From positions 109,618,001 through 109,682,000 of the forward strand of contig NC_058368.1 of NCBI RefSeq assembly GCF_018350175.1: 64,000 nucleotides of DNA. Direction: 5' to 3'. Shown here in pieces: positions 13,111 to 27,519 of this stretch (position 1 is its first letter; the number at the start of each line of letters is the position of its first letter). The DNA is from Felis catus (lineage: Eukaryota). The notes under the pieces are model-generated. The model was not told where the DNA came from. It searched no databases and saw nothing but the letters and a program-made list of their open reading frames with translations. The translations under genes and the position numbers were made by a program.

Positions 13111-15146
13111 AAATAAGCTACACTGGTTATATTAATATCAAAGTAAATTTTATAGCAAAGATTATCGTAAGAATTAAAAGGAGTCAGTTCCTAACGATAA
13201 AGGTTATCATTCATGTAGAATTAATAACAATCCCAAATGTTTATGCACCTAAAAAAAAAAACTTCTTAAAACTATGAAGAAAGAAACAAGAGAAAATTCA
13301 AAATCATAAATTCAAACTTATTGGAGATTAACTATAAGTCTCAATAAATGATAGAACAAGTAGAATTAAAATGAGTAAGAAAACAGAAAACTGAATACTA
13401 TAAACCAACTTGATGTTGACATTTACAAAACACTCCAATGAACAACAGCACAACATGTATTCAAATGTACACAAACATTTGCTAAAAGAAGTAATACTCT
13501 GGGCCATGAAGTAAGTTATAATAAATGTAAAAGGATTCCAGTCACACAAAGCACGTTCTCTGACCAAAATGGAATTAAGCCACAAGTAACAGAATATATT
13601 CTGTAACAGAAAATATACAGCAAAATCTCCAAATATTCAAAAACAAAATGACACTTCAAAATAATCCACGGAATAAAGAAGAAATCAAAAAGGAAACCAG
13701 AACACATTTTGACCTGAATAAAACTGAAAACACATTTCAAAATTTGTGGGATGCAAATAAAATGTTACAGAGAGAAATTTATAGCACTAACAGCGCGTAT
13801 TATAAAGAAAGATCTCACATCAATAACCTTAGCATCCTCTTTAAGAATATTTTTTAAAAGAAGTATAAATAAAATAAAATGAAAGCAGAACAAGAAAGTA
13901 ATACAGATGACAATGGAAATCAATGCAACAAAAACCAAAACCAATGAAGGAGAAAAAGCAGATTTTTAGAAGATCAATACAACTGAAAAACCTCAAGCCA
14001 GAAGAAAAATAGGAGAATCAAATTACCAATAACAGGAATAAGAGAAGTGGCATCATAAGAGATATAAAAATTATAATGAAGAAATATTATCAAAAATCAA
14101 AAACTTTATACCCATAAATTTAACAACTTTCACAATCAACAGATAAACTGAACAAGTTGCTTGAAAAAATACAAACTACCAAAACACATTCAAGAGAAAC
14201 AGATAATATGAATAGCCCTAGATCTATTAGTAAATATAATATTGAGTTAAACACTATACTATAAACAAAACCCAAAACTCAAAGGGTTTCACTGGTGAAT
14301 TCTAACAAACATGTAAGGAAGAAATAATACCAATTCTATACAAACTATTCCAGAAAATAGAGGAGGGAGTTATGTCCCATCTCATTCTATAAGGCTGGCA
14401 TTACTCTGATACCAAAACCCAGCAAAGACATAATAAGAAAATAAAATGACAGACCAAAAACATAGATGTAAATTTTTTTTGTAAAAATTCTTTTTAAAAT
14501 TTTTTGAAAATCAAATCGACATATAAAACAGGTAATATATAATAACCAAGTGAAGTTTCTACCAGGAAGGCAATACTGGTTTAAATTTTTAAAATTAATC
14601 AATGTAATTTACCATATCACAAACCAAAAAGGAAAATCATATGATTACATCAATAGATTCAAAGAAAGCATTCAACAAAATCCAAAATTCACTACTGATA
14701 AGAACACTCAGGCAAATGTGAATAGAAGGGAACCTCCTCAATTTAATAAATGACATCTGTGAAATTCCACAGCTAAAATCATACTTAATGATGAAAGACT
14801 GAATACTTTCCCCTCTATAATGAAAAACAAGGCAAGAATGTTTACTCTAACCACTTCCAGTCAACACTTTATTAAAGGTTCTAGCCAGTGCAATAAAGCA
14901 AGAATAAGAAATGAGGCATCTGGTTTGAAACTAAAGTTGTAACAACACCCTTTATTCACACATGGCATGATTGTCTAAATAAAAATTCTATGGTAGCTAC
15001 AAAAATGCTACTAGAACTAAATACATTCATCAAGGTTTCAATATAAAAAATAAAATAATAAATGAAATGTATCTTTATAAACTAGCCAGGAAAAGCAGAT
15101 ACTGAAAAAAAATTTCCAAGTTTTTGTTTTAAGTGTATTTATTTTG

Positions 15147-16050
15147 GGGTGCTTGGGTGGCTCAGTCAGTTAAGTATTCGACTTCAGCTCAGGTCATGAT
15201 CTCACAGTCTGTGAGTTCAAGTCCCACTTTGGGCTCTGTGCTGAAAGCTTAGAGCCTAGAGCCTGCTTCAGACTTTTTGTCTTCGTCTCTCTCTGCCCCT
15301 CCCCCGCTCACGCTCTGTCTCTCTCTCTCTCAAAAATAAACATTAAAGGGGCGCCTGGGTGGCGCAGTCGGTTAAGCGTCCGACTTCAGCCAGGTCACGA
15401 TCTCGCGGTCCGTGAGTTCGAGCCCCGCGTCAGGCTCTGGGCTGATGGCTCAGAGCCTGGAGCCTGTTTCCGATTCTGTGTCTCCCTCTCTCTCTGCCCC
15501 TCCCCCGTTCATGCTCTGTCTCTCTCTGTCCCAAAAAATAAATAAACGTTGAAAAAAAATTAAAAAAAAAAAATAAATAAACATTAAAAAAGACAAATAA
15601 GGGGCGCCTGGGTGGCGCAGTCGGTTAAGCGTCCGACTTCAGCCAGGTCACGATCTCACGGTCCATGGGTTCGAGCCCCGCATCAGGCTCTGGGCTGATG
15701 GCTCAGAGCCTGGAGCCTGTTTCCGATTCTGTGTCTCCCTCTCTCTCTGCCCCTCCCCCGTTCATGCTCTGTCTCTCTCTGTCCCAAAAATAAATAAACG
15801 TTGAAAAAAAAAAAAGACAAATAAGTATATAAACTTAAAAAAAAATTTTTTTTTTTAAGTTTATTTATTTTGAGAGAGACAGATGAGCGGGGGAGGGGCA
15901 AAGAGACAAGGGGAGAGAGAGAACCACAAGCAGGCTCCTTGCTGTCAACACAGAGCCTGACACAAGGATCGACTCCACAAACTGTGAGATCATGACCTGA
16001 GCAAAAACCCAGAGTCGGATACTTAGCCAACTGAGTCACCCAGGGGCCCC
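15147..16050. mobile_element. Cluster of four CanSINEs (three +, one -)
   Basis: Plus-strand heads near 15147, 15347 and 15601, and a minus-strand head ending near 16050. Confidence 0.92.
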
Positions 16051-16722
16051 ACATATATTGAACATTTTTAAACAAAATACCATTTATAATAGTATTAAAA
16101 AATGAAATGCTTAGAGGTAACTCTGAAAGAAAGTGTGGAACACCTAGATATTGAAAACTATAAAATGATAACAAATTAAATTATACCTAGGTAAATAGAG
16201 AAGAAGATAAGTGCTATGGGCCAGAAGACTCAATACTGTTAAGATGGCAATTCTCCCCAACTGATTCATAAACCCAATGCAATCTCTATCAAAACCCTAG
16301 AAGGCTTTTATGCTGAAAATAACAGGTTGGTTGTAAAATTCATACTAAAATGCAAAGGACCTTGAAAAATCAAAATAATTTTGAAAAATGGTAATATGAT
16401 TGGAGGATTTACATCACTATCGCTTTATATTATTCACGTCAGATAATCACGACAGGTTGGTACTGATATCATGATAGACAAAGAGATTAATGAAATAGAA
16501 TACAGTCAGAAATGCACCACATATATAGTCAAGTGCAAGTGTTAAGGCAATTCCATGCAGAGAAACAAGTTTTTTAAACACTGATGATGAAAATGGACAG
16601 CTATACACAAAAAATAAACTTTCATCCATACCTGTACCATATACAAAAATTACTTTAAAATGAATCACAGACCTAAACGTAAAGCCCAAAACTATAAGAA
16701 GTTTAAAAAAATACATAGGAGA

Positions 16723-16945
16723 GGGGCACCTGGGTGGCGCAGTCGGTTAAGCGTCCGACTTCAGCCAGGTCACGATCTCACGGTCCGTGAGTTCGAGCCC
16801 CGCGTCAGGCTCTGGGCTGATGGCTCAGAGCCTGGAGCCTGCTTCCGATTCTGTGTCTCCCTCTCTCTCTGCCCCTCCCCTGTTCATGCTCTGTCTCTCT
16901 CTGTCCCAAAAATAAATAAACATTGAAAAAAAAAATTAAAGAAAA
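16723..16945 (+). mobile_element. Young felid CanSINE
   Basis: TSD aaaaaaatacataggaga. Confidence 0.93.
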
Positions 16946-18343
16946 AAATACATAGGAGAATGTGGGTTAGGGAAAATTTCTTAGACACCAAAAAACATGA
17001 TCTGTAAACTAAGAAACTCATGAATTGGAACTCATCAATACTAGCAACTTCTCCTCTTCAAAAGTTATAGTTAAGAGAATGAAAAAGGAAGCTACTTACT
17101 GGGGTTGGAGGGATGTACAAATCTCTTATCCGATAATGGACTTGAAGCCAGAAAACAGAAAACACTCTCAAACTCACTAAGAAGAGGACAACATCCAATA
17201 AAAGACGGGCAAAAGTTTTTTAAAGTGCACCGAGGAAGATATACAAATGACAAATAAGTACATGAAAGATGCTCAACATCATTTGTCACTAGAGAAATAT
17301 AAATTAAAACCACAATGAGGCGGCACTCCTACACAATTACTACAAGGTCTAAAATTTAAAAAGACTGGCCATAACAAGCATTGGTTAAATATGGGGAGCA
17401 ACTGAAACTCTCATATATTGCTAGTAGGAATACAATATGGTTCAATCATTTTGGAAAACATTATGAGCTATTCTTAAAAGTTAAATGTATATTAACCATC
17501 TACTCAAAGATATTTACTGATGAGAAATAAAAGCATGTGCCCATATAAAGATTTGTACACAAATTTTTACAGCAACTTTATTTTTAACTAAAAACCAGAA
17601 ATAGCCCAAATGTCCATCAGTAGATGAATGGGTAAACAAACTGGTAAAATTATAAAACGTGAACACTACTTAGCAATAAAAAATAATGATTTTCACATGC
17701 AATACTATGGATGAATCTCAAAATAACCGTGCTGAAAGAAACCAGAGCCAAAAAGAGTACATATATTATTATTCTACTTATCTACAATTCTCAAAAATGC
17801 AAACTAATGTATAGCGATAGAAATCAGATTAGTGTTTGACTAGGGATGGGAAGGGTAGAGAGAGTACAAGGAAGAGAACCTTGTAAAGGATCATAAGTAA
17901 ACCTTTGGGGTGCACCAACAAAACAAAGGATAAAAACCATATGATCATTTCAACAGATTCAGAAAAAGCATTTGACAAAGTAAAACATCCATTCATGGTA
18001 AAAATCTTCTGCAGGGGTGCCTGGGTGGCTCAATCAGTTAAGTGTCCAACTCTTGATTTTGGCTCAAGTCATGATCTCACGGTTCATGAGATCAAGCCCC
18101 ATGTTGGACTCTGCACTGACAGAGGGAAGCCTGCTTGGGATTCAATCCCTTCCCTCTCTCTCTGCCCCTCGCTCACTTGTGGTCACTCTCTCTCTCAAGA
18201 TAAAGAAATAAACATTTAAAAAAAGAAATACAAAGCACAGTTAAAATATCTTCTACAAAGCAGGTTTAACGGGGGGGCATACCTCAACATAATGGCCATA
18301 TAGGAAAAACCCACAGCTAACATCACCCTCAATGGTAAGTTTT

Positions 18344-18427
18344 GTTTTTTTTTTTTTTTTTTACCTGTGTTGTGGTCCTTTATTATTATTTTTTAATATA
18401 AAATTTATTGTCAAATTGGCTACCATA
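18344..18427 (-). mobile_element. Extremely truncated L1 3' end with a short 3' transduction
   Basis: About 30 nt of L1 terminus (gccaatttgacaataaatt), an A-rich tail, a 16-nt unique tag and a second polyA. TSD ctcaatggtaa(g/c)tttt at 18328-18343 and 18428-18443. Confidence 0.82.
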
Positions 18428-19857
18428 CTCAATGGTAACTTTTAAAAACAAAGTTTTTCCCTTAAGATCAGGAACAAGACAGAGATGTCCCCCCTCACCA
18501 CTTTCATTCAACAGAGTACTAGAAGTCCTAGCCACAGCAATCAGACAAGAAAAAGAAATAAAACATATCCAAATTGTAAGGAAGAATTAAAACTTTCATC
18601 ATTTGCAGGATGACATGATATACAGAAAACCCTAAGACTCGACCAAAAAAACTACTAGATCTGATAAATGAATTCAGTAAGATCACAGGATACAAAATCA
18701 ATACACAGAAATCTGTTGCATTTCTATACATTAATAATGAAGTCGCAGGAAGAGAAATTAAGAAAACAATTCCATTTACGGTTGCACCAAAAATAATAAA
18801 ATACCTAGGAATAAATTTAACCAAGGAGATGAAAGACATGTACTCTGAAAACTACAAAACACTGAGGAAAGAAAACACCAACATATGGTAAGATATTCCA
18901 TGATCACGGATTCAGAGAACAAATACTGTTGAAATATCCATACTATCCAAAGCAATCTACAAATTGAACACAATCCCTATCAAAATACTGATAGCATTTT
19001 TCACAGAACTAAAACAAGTAATCCTAAAATTTGTATGGAACTACAAAAGACCCCAAACAGCCACAACAATCTTGAAAAAGAACAAAACTAGAGGTATCAC
19101 AACCCCAGGTTTCAAGATACACTACAAAGCTGTAGTAATCAAGACAGTGTGGCACTGGCACAAAAAAAGGCACATAGGTCAATGGAACAGAATAAAGAAC
19201 CCAGAAATAAACCCATGATTATATGGTTAATTAATCTACAATGAAGGATCCAAGAATATGCAACGGGAAAAAAGTCTCGTCAACAAATGGTGCTGGCAAA
19301 ACTGGACAGCTACATGCAAAAGAATGAAATTGGACCACTTTCACACCAATTTTGAGTATTTTAAATAAACTCAAAATGGATTAAAGCCCTAAATGTGAGA
19401 CCTGAAACCATAAAAACCCAAGAAGAGAACACAGGCAGTAATATCCCTGACTGTCAGTCACAACATTTTTCTAGATATGTCTCATAAGGCAAGGGCAACA
19501 AAAGTAAAAATAAACTACTAGGACTATATCAAAATAAAAAACTGCAAAGCAGAGGAAGCAATCAACAAAACAAAAAGACAACCTACTGAATGGGAGAAGA
19601 TATCTGCAAATGACATATCTAATAAGGGGTTAGTATCCAAAATATATAAAAAACTTATACAACACCAAAAAGCAAATAATCCAATTAAAGAATGGACAAA
19701 AGACAGGAACATACATTTCTTCAAAGAAGACATACAGATAGCCCACAGACACATGAAAAGATGCTCAACATCATTCATCATCAGTAAAATGCAAACCAAA
19801 ACCACAATGAGATATCATCTCACGCCTGTCAGAATGGCTAAAATCCAAAACACAAGA

Positions 19858-20310
19858 GTTAAGATGGCAGAGAATGAGGGGGACCAGGATTGCCCTCATC
19901 CCTCAAACACAGCAGTACTGAGGTCAGAACACTTGGAACACCCACAAAATCAGTCTGTGGAGTGACAGAAAAATCTCCACAGGTAGATGGAGACAGCTTG
20001 GCGGGACAGATGTGCGTATATGCGAAATGGGGGAGATAAAACAACGTGGGCATGGAGGGGAGGGATCCCCCTGAGTGGAGAGAAAAAGGGAGAGAAAGAG
20101 AAGCTGTGGATTGCAGTACGGTTAGGACAAGAGAAAAACCTCTCCAGACTAGGGACTGGGGAAAGAGAAATACAGAGAGCACCAGTTTTACTTTGCAAAC
20201 AGCCTTAGGAGCTAAAAATCGGAGGTTTCAAAGACTTTCTCCAGACTGAGCTGCCGCCATGTGTGTGCATGCCTGGGGTAGACAGGAGCCAGTCCCAGGG
20301 GTGGTAGTGA
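19858..20310 (+). mobile_element. Probable L1 5'UTR-only fragment inserted into L1 ORF2
   Basis: Begins gttaagatggc (YY1-type motif typical of L1 5' ends), is relatively GC-rich, and is flanked by the direct repeat aaaacacaaga (19847-19857, 20311-20321). Host ORF2 sequence resumes on both sides. Confidence 0.65.
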
Positions 20311-21589
20311 AAAACACAAGAAACACATGGTGAGGATATGGAGAAAAGGGAACTCTTGTGTACTGTTGGTGGGAATGCAAACTGGTGCAGCGACTATGGG
20401 AAGAATATGAAGGTTCCTCAAAAAATTAAAAAAAGAACTACCCTACGATTCAGTAATCACACTACTGGGTATTTACCCAAAGAGTACAAAAACATTAATT
20501 CAAAAAGATACACACACCCCTATGTATACTGCAGCATTACTTCCAACAGCCAAATCATGGAAGCGGCCCAAGTATCCATCAATAGACGAATGAATAAAGA
20601 ACAGATGGTATATACATACAATGGAATATTACACAGCCATAAAAAAGAATGAAATCTTGCCATGTGAACAACATGGCTGGATCTAGAGAGTATAATGGTA
20701 ATAAAGTCAGTCAGAGAAAGATAAAATACCATATGATTTCACTCATATTTGTAATTTAAGAAAACAAATGAACAAAGAAGGGACAGACAAAAAAACCCCA
20801 GACTCTTAAATATGGAGAACAGATACTTACTAGAGGTGGGATGGGTAGGAGGATGGGTGAAATAGGTGAAAGGGATTAAGAGTAGACTTATCATAATGAG
20901 CACTGAGTAATGTAAAGAATTGTTGAATTACTATATGCTATGTCTGAAACTAATATAATCCTATGTTAATTATACTGGAATTAAAAAAAAATTTAGGGGT
21001 GCGTGGGTGGCTCAGTCAGTTGAGCATCCCACTTTGTCTCAGGTCGTGATCTCATGGCTCGTGCATTCAAGCCCCGCGTCAGACTCTTGTGTTGAAAGCT
21101 TGGAGCCTGGAGCCAGCTTCGGATTCTGTGTCTCCCTCTCTCACTCTGTCCCTCCCCTGCTTGTGTACTCCCTCTTTCAAAAATAAACATTTTTTAAACA
21201 AATAAACTAAAATTAAAATTAAAAAAATTTAAAGAGAAACATTTGAGGGTAACTGATTTATTAACTGTACTATGATGATGGTTTCACAGGTTTACATGTA
21301 AGTCAAAATATCAAATTTAAATTTAAAATATGTGCTGTATATTGGTATCGTTAATCCTTAAAAAAGTCATTTAACATACTCAGCTGTTTAAAATGTAAGA
21401 AATAATAATGTATTGTGAAATTTATAACATATAGCTAAGCAACATGTATTATAAAAGCAGAAAGAATAAAAAAGAGGGAAATGAAGTTAAACTGTTGCAA
21501 GGCAACTAACCCGTATGTGAAATGACATACTGTTTTAAAATAATTGTGTATGATGTTGTAAGCCCTTGAGCAACCACACACACACATAT

Positions 21590-23155
21590 ACACAGGTCTA
21601 GAGAACTCACACTTCCCTGATTTCAAAATTTACTACACAACTATAGTAATCAAGACAGTGTGACACTGCCATAAGAACAGACAGATCAGTGAAAAAGAAC
21701 GCAAGAGTGCACAAAAATCCCTCACATTTATGGTCAATTTATTTTCCATAGGGTGCCAACGTGATTCAATGGGCAAAGAACAGTCTTCTCAACAAATGGT
21801 GCAGGGACAACTGGATACGCACATGCAAAATAATGAAGTTGGACACTTATCTCACACCAAATATAAAAATTAACTCAAAATGATCAAAAACCTAAATATA
21901 AGAGGTAAAACTATAAATTCATATAAGAAAATATAGATGTCAATCTTCATTACTTTGAACTGTGCACTGGTTTCTTAGATAGGACATCAAAAACACAAAA
22001 ACAACAAAAGATAAACTGGACTTCATCAAAATTAAAAGATTTTGGGGCTTTAAAAAACACCATCAAGATAGCAAAAAAGACAACCCACAGAATGGGAGAA
22101 CATTTTTGCAAATCATACATCTGACAAGGGACTACACTCTAAGATCTATAAAAAACTCCTATGAATAATAAAAAGACAACCCAATTTAAAAATCAGCAAA
22201 ATATGGGACACCTGGGAGGCTCAGTCGGTTAAGAGTCCAACTTCACTCAGGTCATGATCTCACAGTTCAAGAGTTCGAGCCCTGCACTGTGCTCTGTGCT
22301 GACAGCTCAGAGCCTGGAGCCTGCTTCAGATTCTGTGTCTCTGTCTCTCTCTGCACCTCCCCCACTTGCACTCTTTCTCTCAAAAATAAATAAACATTAA
22401 AAATCAGCAAAATATCTAACAGATATCTCTCCAGATAAGATACACAAAGGCCCTAGAAGCCCATAAAAAGATTCTCAACATCACTAGCCATCAGGGAAAT
22501 TAATATCAAAACCACAAGGACAAACCACTTCACACCCACTTAAAATAGCTAGAAGGGTAATAACAACTTGGCCAGGATTTGAAGAAACTGTAAGGCTCAT
22601 ACATTGCTGGTGGAAATATAAAATGTAGCAACCACTTTGGGAAAACATGAGGTAGTTCCTCAAAAGATTAAACACGGTTACAATATAACCCAGCAATTCT
22701 ACTCCTAGGTATATAAAACCAAGTGAAAACAACTGAAAACATATGTCTACACAAGCATTTCTACACTCACGTTTATAGCAGCAATTTTCATATGGAACAA
22801 AATAATGATATATAAAATAAATAAATCATGCCAGATGTAAAAATATCTGGTCATAAAAGACCACATATTGTATACTTCAATTTATATGAAATGTCTAGAA
22901 GAGGCAAATGAATAGAGAAATAATGTAGAGTAGTGACTGCTTTGGGGTTAGGGTATGAGACTGGAGGATACAGAGGGTAACTGTTAAGTAGTGTAGGGTT
23001 TCTTTTGGTGGTGATGAAAATGTTCTAAAATAATTGTGGTTATAGTTACATAACTATGAATATACTAAAAACCAGTTAACTGTATGTTTCAAATGAATTA
23101 ACTGTATGGTATGTATGTTATGTACCTTAATAAAACTGTCACCTAAAAAAAAATT
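21590..23155 (+). mobile_element. Old L1M ORF2 end plus 3'UTR
   Basis: Motifs cttcctgatttcaaaatttactac, tcaacaaatggtgc and acaacccacagaatgggagaa, ending ccttaataaaactg plus an A tail. Confidence 0.83.
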
Positions 23156-23399
23156 ATGAATGGACTTGCATTCATAAGCCAGAACTATGAAATTAAGTTC
23201 AAAGTCTTTTGATAAACTCAAGCTTTAATTTTACAATTAAAAAAAAGTATACCTATTAAATAATTCAAGATAGAATATTAAAAATAATTATTCAATCCAA
23301 AAGAACCTCAAAAAAAGAACAAAGAAAGAATTGTTGGGACAAATGGAACACAAATAGCAAATAGTACATTTAACATTGTCAGGTACATTTAAACCCTAC

Positions 23400-26280
23400 C
23401 ATAAAAACAAAAAACAAAAAACAAAAAACAAAAAACCCTACAATATCAATATCAATTACTACATTAAAAGGAAATGGTTTAAACACTCCAAGATTAAATG
23501 CTAGAGACCGGCAAACTAAAAAACCAAGACCCAAAATTATATGCTGACTATAAGAAACTCACTTCAGGGGCGCCTGGGTAGCTCAGTCAGTCAAGCATCC
23601 GACTCTTGATTTCAGCTCAGGTCATAATCTCACGATTCAGGAGATGGAGCCTTACACTGCTATCAGCACAGAGCCCACCTGGGATTCTTTCTCCCTCTTT
23701 CTCTCTCTCTCTCTGCCCCTCCCCTGCACATACACACTTGTGTGTGCACGCACTCTCTCTCAAAATAAACATTTAAGAAAGTCATTTAAACATGAAGCCA
23801 CCAATAGATTAAAAATAAAAGAATAGGGGGGCGCCTGGGTGGCGCAGTCGGTTAAGCGTCCGACTTCAGCCAGGTCACGATCTCGCGGTCCGTGAGTTCG
23901 AGCCCCGCACCGGGCTCTGGGCTGATGGCTCAGGGCCTGGAGCCTGTTTCCGATTCTGTGTCTCCCTCTCTCTCTGCCCCTCCCCCGTTCACGCTCTGTC
24001 TCTCTCTGTCCCAAAAATAAATAAAAAATGTTGAAAAAAAAATTTAAAAAAATAAAATAAAATAAAAGAATAGAAAACGTTAAACCTTGTCAATAGTAAA
24101 TTAAAAGAAAGCATGAATGGCTATATGAATCTCAGACAAAGTAGACTTCAGAACAAGTATTAATACCAGATATAAAAACCAACACCTCATGACGGAAAAA
24201 AAAAAAGGGGGGGGATCAAATTATCAGAAAGATATAGCAATCCTAAATGTGTACATACCTAATAAACAAAGCTTCAAAACACATGAACCCAAAATGGATA
24301 AAACTCAAAGCGGAAACAGAAAAATCCATAAATACATGTGCAGATGTCAACACTCTCCTTTCATTACTTGATAGAATAGAAAGTGAGTAAAAATGTAGGC
24401 GACTAATCACTCTCAACTAACTTGATCTGATATATACAGAACATATTCTATATAGTATACATAATGGTCACCAAGAAAGATCATATAATGGCCATAAAAC
24501 ATTTAATAAATTTTTAAAAATTGGTATTATATAGCATATATTCTCTAACAAGAACATAAATAAATTAGAAAATTAGTAACAAAGGGTATGTGGAAAATCC
24601 TCAAATATTTGAAAATAAAACCACATGCTTCTAAATAACCCATGGATCAAGGAAGAAGTCACACAGGAATAAAGAAATATTATGCAATGAATGATAATAC
24701 AAACAATATAACACAATTTGTGACATACACCTAAAGTAGGGCTCAGAGGTAAACTGTAGTTTTAGAGAAAACAAGAAAGGTTTTACAATCTACTATCTAA
24801 GCCTTCATCTGAAAAAGTTAAAAGAAAAGTACTCCTGGAACCAGTAGTGTACTGTATGCTACCTAACTGTAATTTAAATTAAAAAAGAAAATAAAATAAA
24901 AAAAGAAGTTAAAAGTAAATGAAACTCACAATAAGTAGAATGAAGACAAGGAATAAGCAAAGAAATAGAAAACTGAAAAAAGTAAACTACGGTTCTTGGA
25001 AATGATCAGTAAAACTCATAAACCTAGCTAGTCTAATCAAGGAAAATGAAAAAAAGAGAGAAAATGCAAATCACCAATAAAGGGAAAAAATGACCACTAG
25101 ATATCCTAGAGGCATTAAAAGAATATTTATATTATTTACAAATAACTCTATGTCAACAAATTTGAGTACTTAGAGGAAACGGAAATTATAAAATTGACAC
25201 AAGGAACAGAACATCTGAATAGCTCTTACATCTAATAAAAATTTTGAAATTATAATTTAATACCTTCCAATAAAGACCACTATGGGCCCAGATGGCATCG
25301 CTGTTGAAGTGTATTAAAACATTCAAGGAAGAATTAATACTAAATTCCACAAACCAGTTCAGAATATAAAGATGAAGAGAACTTTTCCCTGTTCCTTTTA
25401 AAGAGCCAGCACTCCCAGATACCAAAATCAAATACAGACATTAAAGAAAACTACAAATAACACTCCCTACCTAGCTGGGCCACCACCCCCCCCCCAAACA
25501 CACCCCCACCCCCACGGCAAAAGATTTGAACTGGCACTTCCAAAAGAATAGTCAATAAGCTCATAAAAAGAGATTCAACATCATTAGTCATCAGGGAAAT
25601 TACAAACTAAAACTAGTAGGAGATACCTCTGGGTGCCCAGTAAAATGGCTAAAACTCAATAGACAATACCAAATGCATACAAGGATGCAGAACAAATCAA
25701 ACTATCATATACCACTGAGGGATGCGAGTGGGGTGAAGTAAAAGCGTGATACAATCACCTTGGAAAATATTAGGTTAGTATCAACTTAATATGAACTCAG
25801 CATATGACTCAGCAATTTGACTTTTTAGCATATATCCCAGTATTTACCCTAGAAAAGAGAAAACTTAAGTCCACACAAAGACTTGTAAGTCACTATTTAT
25901 AGATACTCTATTCTTAATAGCACAAATCTGGAAAAGACCCAAATGTTCATCAACAGGTAAATGGATACACAAATTCTGGTATTTTCATACAACACAAATA
26001 AAAAGAAACTCAGGGATAAAAAAGAACAAATTACTGATATGTTCATGAACATGGACAAATTCCAAAAATACATGCTGAACAAAAGAAGGCAAACATATAT
26101 GCAAAAGAAATACACACTGCATGGCTTCCATTTATGTGAAATTCTAGAAAAAGCAAAACTTATCTGTAGCGACATGAAACATATCAGTAATTGTGAGGGC
26201 CAGTGGTGGGGGTGAAGCAGATTGCAAAGAAACATGAGGGGACTTGGCAGTGATGGAAATGTTCTAATTATTCAAAACTG
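23400..26280 (+). mobile_element. Old degraded L1M fragments (ORF2 endonuclease region and 3' end)
   Basis: Remnants such as QKDIAILNVYIPN and L1 3'UTR-like sequence at 25520-26270. Confidence 0.75.
23566..24068 (+). mobile_element. Two CanSINEs (23566-23778 older; 23828-24068 young)
   Basis: Two heads. The second has TSD aaaataaaagaatag. Confidence 0.9.
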
Positions 26281-27519
26281 CAATTACGTTAAAATAAAAA
26301 ATGAGGGTGTGCTTATGATCCCGGGAAAGGAGAAAGCTTCTTTAATAAGACATTAAGAAATAAAAGCTTCGTGAAAGAGAAAATTCTACATATTCATCAA
26401 AATTAACATCTTCCGGACCACAATACTTAAAAAGACTCTAGCTGGGAGATATATTTACAGCATATAGAAGAAATTATTAAATCCAGAATTCACAAAACAA
26501 TAAACACAAAAAGAAATCCTCCTAAAATATTTTAAGTGAAGGATGCAAGCCAAAGAGCAGAGGAAACAGGTAAATTCATCCACACAGAAATCACATGGAT
26601 GACAAATGTGTAAAGAGATGGACCCCATGAGTAATCTTGGAAACGGAATACCATCTTGCACTCAAAAGACTGGTGCTTAAAATAACAAATGGTGATGTGC
26701 ATGTGAGGAATAATAGGGAATACAAGTGAGAGTACTGACTGGTACAACTGATATGGAGGGAATTTAAGAATATATATTAAATATATAATCAATAATCTAC
26801 TTCTTACTTTTCACCCAAAAAAAACCTCATGCACACAAGAAGGCATGAAAAAGATACCCACTAAAGCAATGTTTATAGAAATGAAAACTTGGCAACAACT
26901 TAGATACCAAAGTAAAATAATTCAACTAAGATACATTTATACCATGGATACAAATAAAAGAAGTAAAATACCTCTATATGTAATATATTATCAGTATACA
27001 ATAAAGATACATAATAACACGGAAAGGTCTTTCAGACCTGTTGCTGATTAAAAATATAGAACAATAAACTGGTGCAGAAATAAAGTACATGAGAAAGTGC
27101 TTACATGTAATGATCACATATATATGTATGTAAATGCATATGAAAAGACTTGCAAAGGTATGTATGAAAGTAGCTCCGGTAAATGGAGGAGGCAAAATTG
27201 GGGAAAGCTATTATCAGGGGTCCTGATCAAACTTCCACAAGGAAAATATATTCTTTTATTGTTCGTGTAAATATAAATTAATGTAAAAAAAAAAAAAAGC
27301 ATATCTGCTGATTGTAGATGAGCTTGGAACTGTTGTCTGAGGAACCTCCATCCATAGCACATATTTACAGTTGCTACGTCCAATTTGGAAAGGAGTTGCT
27401 CAGACAGTCTGAGAAGCCTTAACGCCTGCAGCTTAGAATACCATAACAGTTTCCAACAAACTTTGATGCCTTTTAATTCTCTTCCCAATTGCCTCCAAAG
27501 CTTTTTCAAGAACTGCTTA

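Larger units (their letters stand above)
11950..17905 (+). mobile_element. Old, long degraded L1M (ORF1 and ORF2 remnants plus 3'UTR) with nested SINEs
   Basis: A-rich strand with ORF1-like and endonuclease/RT-like remnants (ITIPNVYAP, KTENTFQNLWDA). The 3'UTR appears to resume near 21235 after the nested carnivore L1. Confidence 0.8.
17911..21230 (+). mobile_element. Carnivore L1 ORF2 3' half plus 3'UTR, nested in an older L1, with further nested insertions
   Basis: ORF2-like peptides ([76 protein letters not shown]) with many disablements. Confidence 0.88.

Noticed and set aside
15683..16174. 163-aa ORF and many similar ORFs containing GAPGWRSRLSVRLQPGHDL, GQRETEHERGRGRERG or AQSVKRPTSAQVMIS
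   Set aside because: These are recurrent translations of CanSINE sequence, not genes.
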